Below are positions 11,961-22,547 of a stretch of DNA of 64,000 nt, in pieces; the stretch's first letter is position 1, and each line of letters opens with the position of its first letter. The translations under genes were made by a program, and so were the position numbers. The notes beneath the pieces are model-generated. The model did not search any database and had not been told where the DNA came from. It saw nothing but the letters and a program-made list of their open reading frames with translations. The stretch is from Podarcis pityusensis (taxonomy: Eukaryota). The stretch is from NCBI GenBank assembly GCA_964106645.2, contig OZ067046.1, one strand, 5' to 3'.

Positions 11961-12033
11961 ACTCAGTCCACAGCTGCATTCAGACATGGATCCAGAGCTT
12001 TTACAGTTATGAGTGCATAGTTTTTTTCATAAT

Positions 12034-14024
12034 AATAATAATAATAATAAATTTTATTTATATCCCGCCCTCCCCAGCCGAAGCCGGGCTCAGGGCGGCT
12101 AACAACACTAAAATAGTGCAACATTATAAAAACATCAAAGAATTAATTAAAATCAAAATTGATGGCAACCATAAACTAAAGTATTGTAAAGATTGCCAAA
12201 GGAGGGAGTCAGGCTGCGCCCTGACCAAAGGCCTGGTGGAACAGCTCTGTCTTGCAGGCCCTGCGGAAAGATGTCAAGTCCTGGAGGGCCCTTGTCTCTT
12301 GTGACAGAGCGTTCCACCAGGATGGAGCCGCAGCCGAAAAAGCCCTGGCTCTAGTTGAGGCCAGCCTAACCTCTCTGAGGCCTGGGACCTTCAAGATTTT
12401 TTTATTTGAAGACCGTAAGTTCCTCTGTGGGGCATACCAGGAGAGGCGGTCCCGTAGATACGAGGGTCCTAGGCCGTATAGGGCTTTGAAGGTTAAAACC
12501 AGCACCTTAAACCTGATCCTGTACTCCACCGGGAGCCAGTGCAGCTGGTGTAGCACCGGATGAATGTGATCCCGCAGCGAAGACCCCGTAAGGAGTCTCG
12601 CTGCGGCATTCTGCACCCGCTGGAGTTTCTGGGTCAGTCTCAGGGGCAGCCCCACGTAGAGCGAGTTACAATAATCCAGTCTGGAGGTGACCGTCGCGTG
12701 GATCACAGTGGCTAGGTCAGGGCGAGAGAGGTAAGGAGCCAACTGCTTAGCTTGGCGGAGATGAAAAAATGCTGCCTTTGTTATAGCTGCAATCTGCGCC
12801 TCCATGGAGAGGGAGGTATCGAAGATTACACCCAAACTCTTAACGGACGGTGCTGGCACTAATTGCACCCCCGCAAGAGATGGGAGTTGCCCCCTCAATC
12901 CCATATCGTCCCGTCCCAGCCAGAGGACCTCTGTCTTCGAAGGATTTAACTTCAACCGGCTCCCACGTAACCATCCAGCCACAGCTTCCAAGCATCTGAT
13001 CAGTGTGTCTGGGGCCGAGTCAGGATGGCCATCCATCAACAGATAGAGTTGGGTGTCATCAGCATACTGATGGCAGCCCAGCCCAAAACTCCGGACAAGC
13101 TGGGCGAGGGGGCGCATAAAGATGTTAAAAAGCATCGGGGAGAGTATCGCACCCTGGGGCACTCCACACACCAAGGAGTGGCGGGATGACAGTTCCCCCC
13201 CAAGCGCCACCCTCTGTCCCCGACCAGAGAGAAACGAGCGCAGCCATTGAAGGACTGTGCCCTGGATCCCCACGTCGGCAAGGCGGTGGTCCAGGAGTTC
13301 GTGATCGACCATGTCGAAGGCTGCTGACAGGTCTAGAAGAATCAGCAGCCCCGACCCGCCTCGATCCAGCTGCCTGCGGAGATCATCTGTTAGGGCGACC
13401 AGAGCCGTCTCGGTCCCATGACCAGCGCGGAAGCCGGACTGGAATGGATCCAGAGCCGATGTTTCATCCAGAAACCTACCAAGCTGTTCAGCAACCGCTC
13501 TCTCAATCACCTTACCCAGGAATGGAAGATTCGAAACTGGGCGGTAATTGGATAGATCTAAGGGATCTAATGATGTTTTCTTTAAGAGCGGACGCACCAC
13601 TGCCTCCTTCAGTTCCCCTGGGAATGTCCCGGTGCCAAGGGACAGATTGATGATATCCCCCAGGGGGGCCCGCACCTCGTCTGGACACGCTCTAATCAGC
13701 CAAGACGGGCACGGGTCGAGAGGACAGATGGTGGGCTTTCCAGCTCGGAGGAGTCTGTCCACATCGGCTGGGGATATCCGGTCAAAGTGGTCCAATACTG
13801 GACCCGAGGACAGTCGAGGGGCCTCCAGTTCCTTTATTGTATCCAAATTGGCAGGGAGGTCATGGCGGAGCGACAGGACCTTCTCCGCAAAAAAGCTCGC
13901 AAATGCCTCACAGCTGTGTGTCAAATTATTATTTAAATTTGGCTGTCCTTCGAGGGACGTTAAAGACCGAATTACACTAAATAATTGTGCCGGGCGAGAG
14001 CTAGCGGATGCAATGTTTTCAGAC
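12034..14024 (-). mobile_element. Young L2-clade LINE, 5'-truncated
   Basis: Uninterrupted RT ORF and CpG-rich sequence. 3' stem-loop CCGCCCT...AGGGCGG at about 12065-12098. (TTA)n tail at 12030-12050. Candidate TSD TTCATAAT (12026-12033 / 14025-14032). Confidence 0.9.
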
Positions 14025-14074
14025 TTCATAATGAACTTGCGTACAATTGGGTAGTGTAGCGTTTGCCATGACAC
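12209..14074 (-). CDS. L2 ORF2 reverse transcriptase domain plus C-terminus (no endonuclease); first ~17 aa come from flanking DNA
   Basis: Motifs NYRPVSNLPFLGKVIE, QSGFR..HGTETAL, LLDLSAAFD, GVPQGAILSP, YADD (13055-13066), SRLDYCN, LHWLPV. No stop in 621 aa. Expression is not shown by the sequence. Confidence 0.85.
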   Translation of the reverse strand: MSWQTLHYPIVRKFIMKSENIASASSRPAQLFSVIRSLTSLEGQPNLNNNLTHSCEAFASFFAEKVLSLRHDLPANLDTIKELEAPRLSSGPVLDHFDRISPADVDRLLRAGKPTICPLDPCPSWLIRACPDEVRAPLGDIINLSLGTGTFPGELKEAVVRPLLKKTSLDPLDLSNYRPVSNLPFLGKVIERAVAEQLGRFLDETSALDPFQSGFRAGHGTETALVALTDDLRRQLDRGGSGLLILLDLSAAFDMVDHELLDHRLADVGIQGTVLQWLRSFLSGRGQRVALGGELSSRHSLVCGVPQGAILSPMLFNIFMRPLAQLVRSFGLGCHQYADDTQLYLLMDGHPDSAPDTLIRCLEAVAGWLRGSRLKLNPSKTEVLWLGRDDMGLRGQLPSLAGVQLVPAPSVKSLGVIFDTSLSMEAQIAAITKAAFFHLRQAKQLAPYLSRPDLATVIHATVTSRLDYCNSLYVGLPLRLTQKLQRVQNAAARLLTGSSLRDHIHPVLHQLHWLPVEYRIRFKVLVLTFKALYGLGPSYLRDRLSWYAPQRNLRSSNKKILKVPGLREVRLASTRARAFSAAAPSWWNALSQETRALQDLTSFRRACKTELFHQAFGQGAA

Positions 14075-15182
14075 CGCCCCACATGTGCATTTCTAGTAAG
14101 CATGAAGTACACGTGAAAAGACCTGTATACCGAGTCCTGGCTTGCATAACTAGTGACCTTCCAAGTTGACAGATGGGTTAGATTAGGTTAGTGTTGTTGA
14201 ACTTTTTTAGGAAGACCCTAAAAGCTTGTAAAAGCTTTTCTTTTACAAAAATGCCAAAACAACAACAATGTGATTTTTCTATTTACTTGCCTAAGATCCA
14301 GAACAAAGTGCCACATTTCGGAAACTCCTCCCAGACGTCAATTCCACCTTTGAAATTTTGGTAATGTCTGGGACAATCTGGACATATGGCAGCCCTAGGT
14401 TAGCTAGTAAAGTATGCACCTATATGAAATACCCATTCCCAAGCAGGTGGAAATTGGGAACATAAGGTTATGTCCAATGTTGGTCATACTCAGAGCAGGC
14501 ATATCAGTAGCTAGAGTTTCAACCTGCTACAGCTAGTTGAGGAATTGATAGTTATGCTAAGGTTCCACACTGGGCCAAGCTCCCCTCACTTTCCCCCTAT
14601 CTTTCTGTAAGCACTAGCATTCTACTATGCTGGAAAGTTGGGAGAGCAATGGTGCCCCACCCACACCATTGACATTACTGTTCTTATAAATTATTCACAT
14701 TGGATTTGACAGATTATGTAGCTTTTTAATGTAAGTGTCTCATACTGTGCTTCTAAAAATGAAGACGTTATTTCTGTGCTCCGAGCCCACATTCCTAGTT
14801 CACTGAATTACATTAAGCAGACACCAAACCTTCAACCCAATAATAGAAAAGTCAGCTGTTTCATTCCCAAGTTACTAATATGGTGCTTCTACTTTAGAAT
14901 GCCACCAATTACTGCTGACATGGGTCATATCACGGGCTTTCATTACAATGAGCATTAAGAAAAGCCACTTACAATAGCTTAGCTTTTACAGCTGCATGAA
15001 ATTTCCGCCTGCATCTTTTTATGAGCATTGCCCTCCCCCAGCCGCTGCATAAATGAAGGTAACAAGCACTTATTATAAGCTGTTTCCTTGTCTCTGGCTT
15101 TTTCATCTTAACGCAGCATGAATGTGGCATACAACACGAAATTTCACAGGTTCCTTATCAGCATGGACATATATGTCCAATT

Positions 15183-15495
15183 TAGAATAATAGAATCATC
15201 TAGTCCAGCCACCTGAAATGCAGGAACCTCAATGAAAGCATCTATGAAAGATTGTCATCCAACCTCTGCTTAAAAACCTCCATTGAAGGAGAGTCCACCA
15301 CCTTCAAAGGGAATCCATCCGATGTCAAACAGTTCTTACCATCAGAAAGTTCTTCCTGATGTTCAGTCAGAATCTCCTTTCTTGTAACTAGAAGCCATTG
15401 GTTTGGGTCTTATCCCCCAGAACAGAAGATAACAAGCTTGCTCTATCTTTCATGTGACAACCCATTAGATAATTGAAGATGTCTATCATACAGCT
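15183..15495 (-). mobile_element. CR1 LINE 3' part, left of the BovB insertion
   Basis: TAGAATCATCTAGTCCAGC tail and TCCAACCTCTGCTTAAAAACCTCC...AAGTTCTTCCTGATGTTC, typical CR1 3' region. Confidence 0.8.
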
Positions 15496-17403
15496 GTCCA
15501 ACGTTGGCTGTCCAACGAGGCCTTACAAATAGCGGGAGAAAGAAGGCAAGCAAAATGCGAGGGAGATAGTGAAAGATACAGGAAATTGAATGCAGATTTC
15601 CAAAAAATAGCAAGGAGAGACAAGAAGGCCTTCTTAAACAAGCAATGCAAAGAATTAGAGGAAAACAATAGAATGGGGAAAACCAGAGATCTGTTCAAGA
15701 AAATTGGAGATATGAAAGGAACATTTCGTACAAAGATTACCATAATAAAAGACAAAAGTGGAAAGGACCTAACAGAAGCAGAAGACATCAAGAAGAGGTG
15801 GCAATAATACACAGAGGAACTATACCAGAAAGAAATGGATGTATCGTATACCCCAGGTAGTGTGGTTGCTGACCTTGAGCAAGACATCCTGGAGAGTGAA
15901 GTCAAATGGGCCTTAGAAAGCACTGCTAATAACAAGGCCAGTGGAAGTGATGATATTCCAGCTGAACTATTTAAAATTTTAAAAGATGATGCTGTTAAGA
16001 TGCTACACTCAATATGCCAGCAAACTTGGAAAACTCAGCAGTGGCCAGAGGATTGGAGAAGATCAGTCTACATCCCAATCCCTAAGAAGGGCAGTACCAA
16101 AGAATGCTCCAACTACCGCACCATTGCACTCATTTCACACGCTAGCAAGGTTATGCTTAAAATTCTACAAGGCAGGCTTAAGCAGTATGTGGACCGAGAA
16201 CTCCCAGAAGTGCAAGCTGGATTTTGAAGGGGCAGAGGAACCAGAGACCAAATTGCAAACATGCGCTGGATTATGGAGAAAGCTAGAGAGTTCCACAAAG
16301 ACATCTACTTCTGCTTCATTGACTATGCAAAAGCCTTTGACTGTGTCGACCACAGCAAACTATGGCAAGTTCTTAAAGAAATGGGAGTGCCTGATCACCT
16401 CATCTGTCTCCTGAGAAATCTCTATGTGGGACAAGAAGCTACAGTTAGAACTGGTATGGAACAACTGATTGGTTCAAAATTGGGAAAGGAGTACGACAAG
16501 GCTGTATATTGTCTCCCTGCTTATTTAACTTATATGCAGAATTCATCATGCGAAAGGCTGGCCTGGATGAATCCCAAGCCGGAATTAAGATCGCCGGAAG
16601 AAATATCAACAACCTCAGATATGCAGATGACACAACCTTGATGGCAGAAAGTGAGGAGGCATTTTAAGGAACCTTTTAATGAGGGTGAAAGAGGAGAGCG
16701 CAAAATATGGTCTGAAGCTCAACATCAAAAAAATGAAGATCATGGCCACTGGTCCCATCACCTCCTGGCAAATAGAAGGGGAAGAAATGGAGGCAGTGAG
16801 AGATTTTACTTTCTTGGGCTCCATGATCACTGCAGATGGTGACAGCAATCACGAAATTAAAAGACGCCTGCTCCTTGGGAGAAAGGCGATGGCAAACCTA
16901 GACAGCATCTTAAAAAGCAGAGACATCACCTTGCCAACAAAGGTCCATATAGTTAAAGCCATGGTTTTCCCAGTAGTGATGTATGGAAGTGAGAGCTGGA
17001 CCATAAAGAAGGCTGATCGCCGAAGAATTGATGCTTTTGAATTATGGTGCTGGAGGAGACTCTTGAGAGTCCCATGGACTGCAAGAAGATCAAACGCATC
17101 CATTCTTAAGGAAATCAGCCCTGAGTGGTCACTGGAAGGACAGATAGTGAAGCTGAGGCTCCAATACTTTGGCCACCTCATGAGAAGAGAAGACTCCCTG
17201 GAAAAGACCCTGATGTTGGGAAAGATGGACGGCACAAGGAGAAGGGGACGACAGACGACGAGATGGTTGGACAGTGTTCTCGAAGCCACAAGCATGAGTC
17301 TGACCAAACTGCGGGAGGCAGTGGAAGACAGGAGTGCCTGGCGTGCTCTGGTCCATGGGGTCACGAAGAGTCGGACACAACTAAACGACTAAACAACAAC
17401 AAC
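15496..17403 (+). mobile_element. BovB (RTE-clade) LINE, 5'-truncated, with inactivating lesions
   Basis: Motifs NYRTIALISHASKVMLKILQ, CFIDYAKAFDCVDH, YADD (16620-16631), FELWCWRRLLRVPWTARRSN. (AAC)n tail. 11-bp TSD ATCATACAGCT (15485-15495 / 17404-17414). Stops at 15805 and 16225; frameshifts near 16452 and 16660. Confidence 0.95.
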
Positions 17404-17815
17404 ATCATACAGCTTCTCAATCGCCTCTTCCCCAGCATAAACTCCTTCAATCATTTTTCATAGGCTTGGTTTCCAGACTCTTGATTATCTTGGCTGCCCT
17501 CCTTTGCAAATGTTCCACCTTGTCAATATTCTTCTTAACTTGTTGTGCCCAGAACTGGACACAGTACTCCAGGTGTGGTCTGACCAAGCAAAATAGAACA
17601 GTACTATGACTTCTCTTGATCTGGACACTATACTTCTGTTGATGCAGTCTAGAGTGGCATTTGCTTTTTTGCTGCTGTATCACATTCACGTTAGGCTTGG
17701 GATCTACTAAGACCCCTTAGACCTTTTTCCACATTTACTGCTGGAAAACTGGGTGTCCCCCATCATATATTTTGCACCTGGTTCTTCCTGCCTATGTGTG
17801 GAATCTTACATTTAT
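17404..17815 (-). mobile_element. CR1 LINE, continuation to the right of BovB
   Basis: Minus-strand [35 protein letters not shown] is a CR1 ORF2 hallmark. Confidence 0.85.
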
Positions 17816-18586
17816 GACTCCATATTTCCCAGGGGCTATTTGCAGACCATCAATAACAGCTATGCCAATCCAGCAAGTGCCGATGAAAGGAAGGGAATAG
17901 AAGGTTTAAGAGTAGATATGTGAGAGGAAAAAATACTGAATTGCAATCCAAGCTAGATAAAAGTTTAGGGGTCAAAATGCTCACCTCAAAGTTAAAATGA
18001 GTACTGCACGGTCCCAGAAATACTCTTCTGTATCTGGAAGAAGAAACTTGGCAACATCTCTAATAACAACACATCATTCTCCATGTGATCATTAAAATGC
18101 ATCTTTAGAATTGATGTATAAATAAACGAATAGCTAAGTGTTTCTGAATATACTAGCATCTAGCTGTTGGTGTATGTGTGTGTGTTTTAAAAAATGAACC
18201 CAACATTTTCTGAATTTCAGAAAGGTGCCCTTGGCAGATGGTCATGAATAGACTCAACATATAATGACATAATTCACTATGTGTTCACAGCTTGTGCAGT
18301 AGAGGACTGGAAAATACGCATTCTGAAGATAGAACAAGTTTAGTCTTAACTCCTCCCTGATTGCTCAGCTGATAAATGAGGGTTGCTTTGGACATTACGT
18401 TTTCCTTAAGAAAGTCAGCCCTGAGCCTGCCACACAACTATTATAGACCTCCCAAATAAGTTCTACATGTGCCATGGGTCAGGCTGACACCTGATAGTTC
18501 AGATATTCTGAAAAAGTATGTGTGAAATAACTTTATCTCCATTTTCTAGCCACACAGTTAATTGGGGGGGGGGAAGTCCCAGATGC

Positions 18587-18610
18587 TGTGTGTGTGTGTG
18601 TGTGTGTGTG
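18587..18610 (+). repeat. (TG)n microsatellite
   Basis: About 12 TG units. Confidence 0.9.
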
Positions 18611-18691
18611 TTGGTTAGTGCATGGTGCTGATAATGCCATGGTTACAGGTTCAATCCCCATATGGGACAGCTGCATTGCAGGGCATTGGAC
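18610..18691 (+). mobile_element. SINE fragment with tRNA-Ile-derived head and CR1-like tail
   Basis: GTTGGTTAGTGCATGGTGCTGATAATGCCATGGTTACAGGTTCAATCCCC resembles vertebrate tRNA-Ile. It is followed by CTGCATTGCAGGGCATTGGAC, as in the CR1 tail. Confidence 0.7.
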
Positions 18692-18844
18692 ATTAGTGAT
18701 GGGTGAACTCCCCTATTCAGAATCAGCTCAGTGTTTACAAACATTTAACATTTGGAAAAAGCTAATCTGTCTTTTTGAGCATTCTCTCCCATCTTTCAGC
18801 ATTGGCACATGCATACTGATGGTTTCACATGCATGCACATTGTC

Positions 18845-19451
18845 TTTTCTTTTTTTTTAAATGATATTTATTAAAGTTTCACAAAAAAAGAATCACATCA
18901 ACAAAAAAGAAAAATTCAAGAATAAAAAGAAAAATACACAATACAAAATACAAAAAGAAAAAAGAAAAAACAGTTAAAAACAATTCCATCTTTTCATCAC
19001 TACTTTTACATTTACTTGTTTCCCGGACCTTCTCATACCTCCCTCTTTTGTATTCCAATTCAATTTGTTAGTCCAGCAATTCCTTTAATCCCAATCCTTA
19101 ATCTTAATATAATATAAATTAAATTTTTACCTATTAAAAACCAATTTTTCCATTCTTTTAACCTTTTTAATCCTAATCCTTAATCTTGATATATTTGTAA
19201 CTTTAAAGCCTGTACAGCTAGAAGCCACTTAATTTCAATCCAACATCACTCTAACATTCATTAATTTTGCAATATTTCTGTAAATAATCTTTGAATTTCT
19301 TCCAATCTTCTTCCACCGACTCTTCTCCCTGGTCACGGATTCTGCCAGTCATTTCCGCCAATTCCATGTAGTCCATCATTTTCATCTGCCATTCCTCCAG
19401 TGTGGGTAGCTCTTGTGTCTTCCAATACTTTGCGATGAGTATTCTTGCTGC
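18845..19451 (-). mobile_element. L1 3' fragment (ORF2 end, 3'UTR, polyA)
   Basis: AARILIAKYWKTQELPTLEEWQ...KINEC*. PolyT at 18845-18858. 9-bp TSD CACATTGTC (18836-18844 / 19452-19460). Confidence 0.85.
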
Positions 19452-19588
19452 CACATTGTCATATTAGTCCTTTGAAACTGTAGTTGGGTTGTATCTGCTC
19501 TGTATCTATCTCCAAATACCAACCATGGAGAGAGTTTTGGGAATTCAGCTTCCGCTCCCAGGTGTGTAAGACAAAAGGGAAGCAGGAA

Positions 19589-19859
19589 TAGAGTTGCCAG
19601 ACTTTCTAATCTGACCTGAAATCTCCCGGTTTGCCTGGATCCCTCCAGGTGGCAGCTGGAGGATTGAATCTCCAGGTGCCAACAAATGTCTTTAATAATA
19701 ATTTAAAAATATTGGCTTTGACATATAGCATAGATAACTTCCTCAGCCCCCCAATTAACCTCCAGTACTAGGGCCTACGCTTGAAACATCACTAGGGGCT
19801 GCTCCTAGGTATCAAGTTTAGGCACTGAAATCTGGAATGCTCCTCACCTGGCAACCATA
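19589..19859. mobile_element. hAT (Blackjack/Tip100-like) MITE
   Basis: TIRs TAGAGTTGCCAG / CTGGCAACCATA. Degenerate 8-bp TSD AGCAGGAA / GACAGGAA. Confidence 0.65.
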
Positions 19860-20047
19860 GACAGGAAGCACATCTGAGGAAAAAAGAGGCTGCTTTGGAT
19901 CTAGGTGGAGGATAAGAACTGCATTAATTTTTGGCATGGCAGAATCCAGAGAATTGAGTCAAATAGAGAAACTATTCATGTAATTATATGCTGCTGGTTA
20001 TTTGGTCATGTGATTCACAGCAAGTAATGAGAGCTTCATCAAGAATA

Positions 20048-20367
20048 CAGTATATATACCTGAAGAAGCTTCTCCATCCCCATCGTTCAGCTCGGACACT
20101 GAAATCCAGCCCTGAGGGCAGTTCCCACACTGTGAAAAGTGAAGCTCCAGGAACCAGGCAGAGGGTCTTCTTGGTAATGGCGCCCTCCCTGTGGAATGCC
20201 CTCCCATCAGATGTTAAGGAGATGAGTAATTATATAACATTTAGGAAACATCTGAAGGCAGCTCTGTATAGGTAAGCTTTTTAAGGTTTATTGTTTTATT
20301 ATGTTTTTATATATGCTGGAAGCCACCCAGAGTGGCTGGGGCAACCCAGTCAGATGGGTGGGGTAAA

Positions 20368-20398
<31 letters not shown>

Positions 20399-20421
20399 CT
20401 TCTTCTTCTTCTTCTTCTTCT
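20048..20421 (+). mobile_element. L2 3' end with (CTT)n tail
   Basis: APSLWNALPSDVKE...FRKHLKAALY. 3' hairpin GCCACCCAGAGTGGCTGGGGCAACCCAGTCAGATGGGTGG. (CTT)n at 20369-20421. Possible TSD ATCAAGAA. Confidence 0.85.
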
Positions 20422-22235
20422 CAATATCAAGAACTGATCATGATGTCAGAGAGGCTGCCTCTCTGTGCAGTCTCAAGAACCATGCAAGTATAAAATCTCT
20501 AGCCTGAATGGAATTCCAATCCAGAGAAGGAAGAGAAAGTGGAGATGGAAGAAGTGGGGGGAATAACGATTGCATATAATTATAGCAAGCAAGCCCTAAA
20601 AACCTAGCCTCTAAAGGCAAAAGGCTGGCCTCAATAGGAATGTATTTGATACTGCAGGAGACTTCCTATAAAGAAGTGGCTACATGCAGTTGCCAAGGTA
20701 GGGATTTCCAAAATCTGGGAAGATGTAGGCAAGAAAAGATAGCATCAATCCTTTCTGCAGCCACTTTATCCCAGGGATGGGGGGGGGGAGGAATCCTTCT
20801 GATGCTGAGCTGGACCATTTATGTATTTTTAAGCTAATATGTACATGTCTCCGGAAGGAGAGCCTCTGGCTTTGATTTCCCTAATATTTATCTGTCTATT
20901 GGAAAGCTGATTGTGGGAGGCAAGCCAGGTTATTTCAGACTTCTTGCGATGTGCTTAGTGGCACAGGCCCAATGAGCATGGCATGAAGCAAAGTACCTAT
21001 CCCACTGTCAGCCAAATCTTTTCCACTTGAGCCGTTCTCCCCCCCCTCCTTGGAGCTGAGCCAGCCCAGTTCAGCTCTTTTGTAGGGAATGAGGAACCAG
21101 TATTGATTTCCCATTTAAGCCAATCTTGTGTGAGCCCACCGCTGCCTCCCTCGCTACCAACGTGGGGAGGGGGGAGCTATGGAGGAAACCAGCTGCAGCA
21201 CTTCCAGCAGAGAATTGCTTCTTTGAGACAGACCTGCACGGAATTGCAAATCAGGCAAATAAAAGGAGAAAATGGAAGGGCAGATAGGCTTTCCTTTCAA
21301 TCTAGATATACAGACAGCACTCCCTTTCTGTAAGAGGGAAACAGGGAATTTGCTTGTTAGAGCAAGTGAAGGGGATTCTTATTATGGGCTTCAGTGTAGT
21401 TGTCAGCCATAATAATGAATTCTTATACTGTCGTAGCCTTGGAACGGGCAGGTACTGTGAAGATACATATTTGTAATATGAAATAGTCATTGCAGCTATT
21501 TCAAAAGCACATGGAGATTTGCTGCAGCAGGACATTTTCTATGGAGTTTTAACTCGAGACTTTAATGAGCTATGGAGATTAGCAAACTTTTTGCAATAAC
21601 TGTTAAGTTCCTGGAATCGATGTGTGTTCAGCAGACATCCATTTCCAATTGATTTCATATTATCTCTAGTGTGAATTTGAGCAGTCTGTACTCTCATGCT
21701 GTGAGTGATGTTTTCCCATAAACTTCAAAAATTGATTTAAATATTTTCACAGCCTGATCCTATCTGTGCCTGTAGCTGTTGCAGTGCAAACAGCTACCAC
21801 TGTGCAAGGCAGGCAGGACCATGCTGCATGCTTCTAAGAGATGGGGGAAACCTCAGGCCACCTTTCCTAGCAAAGGCCCCTAGCATTAGGAACTGGGCAC
21901 CTCCCCCATGGACAATGTAACTAACATGTGTTTCAAGCCATTGGTTCCACAACATGCCCAATTCCCTTCCCGTCTTGAAAAAGCTCCCTGTACTTGAAGA
22001 TGTCTTTCCTGCACTAATAGTAGCACAGATTGTTTCTGCTGTGGTCAAGGGATGAGCAGGGACAGTTCCTGATGCTAGAACAAGGTGACAGGGAACCTTC
22101 ATCACTGTCCTGCATATTAGAAATGACAGAATATAAATATTCCTGGTGCCCATTGAATTCATGGTTGTGCTTCTCACAGCGGCCATCCAGGTGCTTGCAG
22201 AAATCATAGAAGTAGGAATTTGAAGTTGCTAGCGT

Positions 22236-22547
22236 GAGGGTGGGGGATCTAAGGCCCAAATATAGCTCTATAGGGCTCTCTATTCAGTCATTAGACTGTC
22301 CTCTGTGTCACCTGACTTCCCAGCCACCTCCTCAAGTATTCTGGCCAGGCTGGAATGTGATCTTCAACTGGGATAATGCCTCTAGCTTGCCTGGAAAGTA
22401 GACAGAGAGAAGTTTCACAACTAGTTCAAAAGCAAAATTTGCCTTCGTTGTTCCACCTAATTTTGCACCACTGGGATGTGGCTCCTGTAAGGTGGTCCAG
22501 AAGGGAACACAGCTGTTTAGCTGGAATAGCCCTTTTCCACCATTGCT
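22236..22547. mobile_element. Degenerate hAT MITE, probably the same family as 50967-51376
   Basis: Shares GGCTGGAAT and GCTCTCTA/GCTCTCAG-like internal segments and an AGGGTGGGGGA-like start with 50967-51376. Boundaries approximate. Confidence 0.4.

Noticed and set aside
12252-14054. Several plus-strand ORFs of 80-168 aa
   Set aside because: Antisense shadows of the GC-rich L2 RT ORF.
21794-22259. 137-aa and 81-aa minus-strand ORFs as host exons
   Set aside because: No recognisable motif, no convincing splice-site pair, and flanked by MITE remnants.
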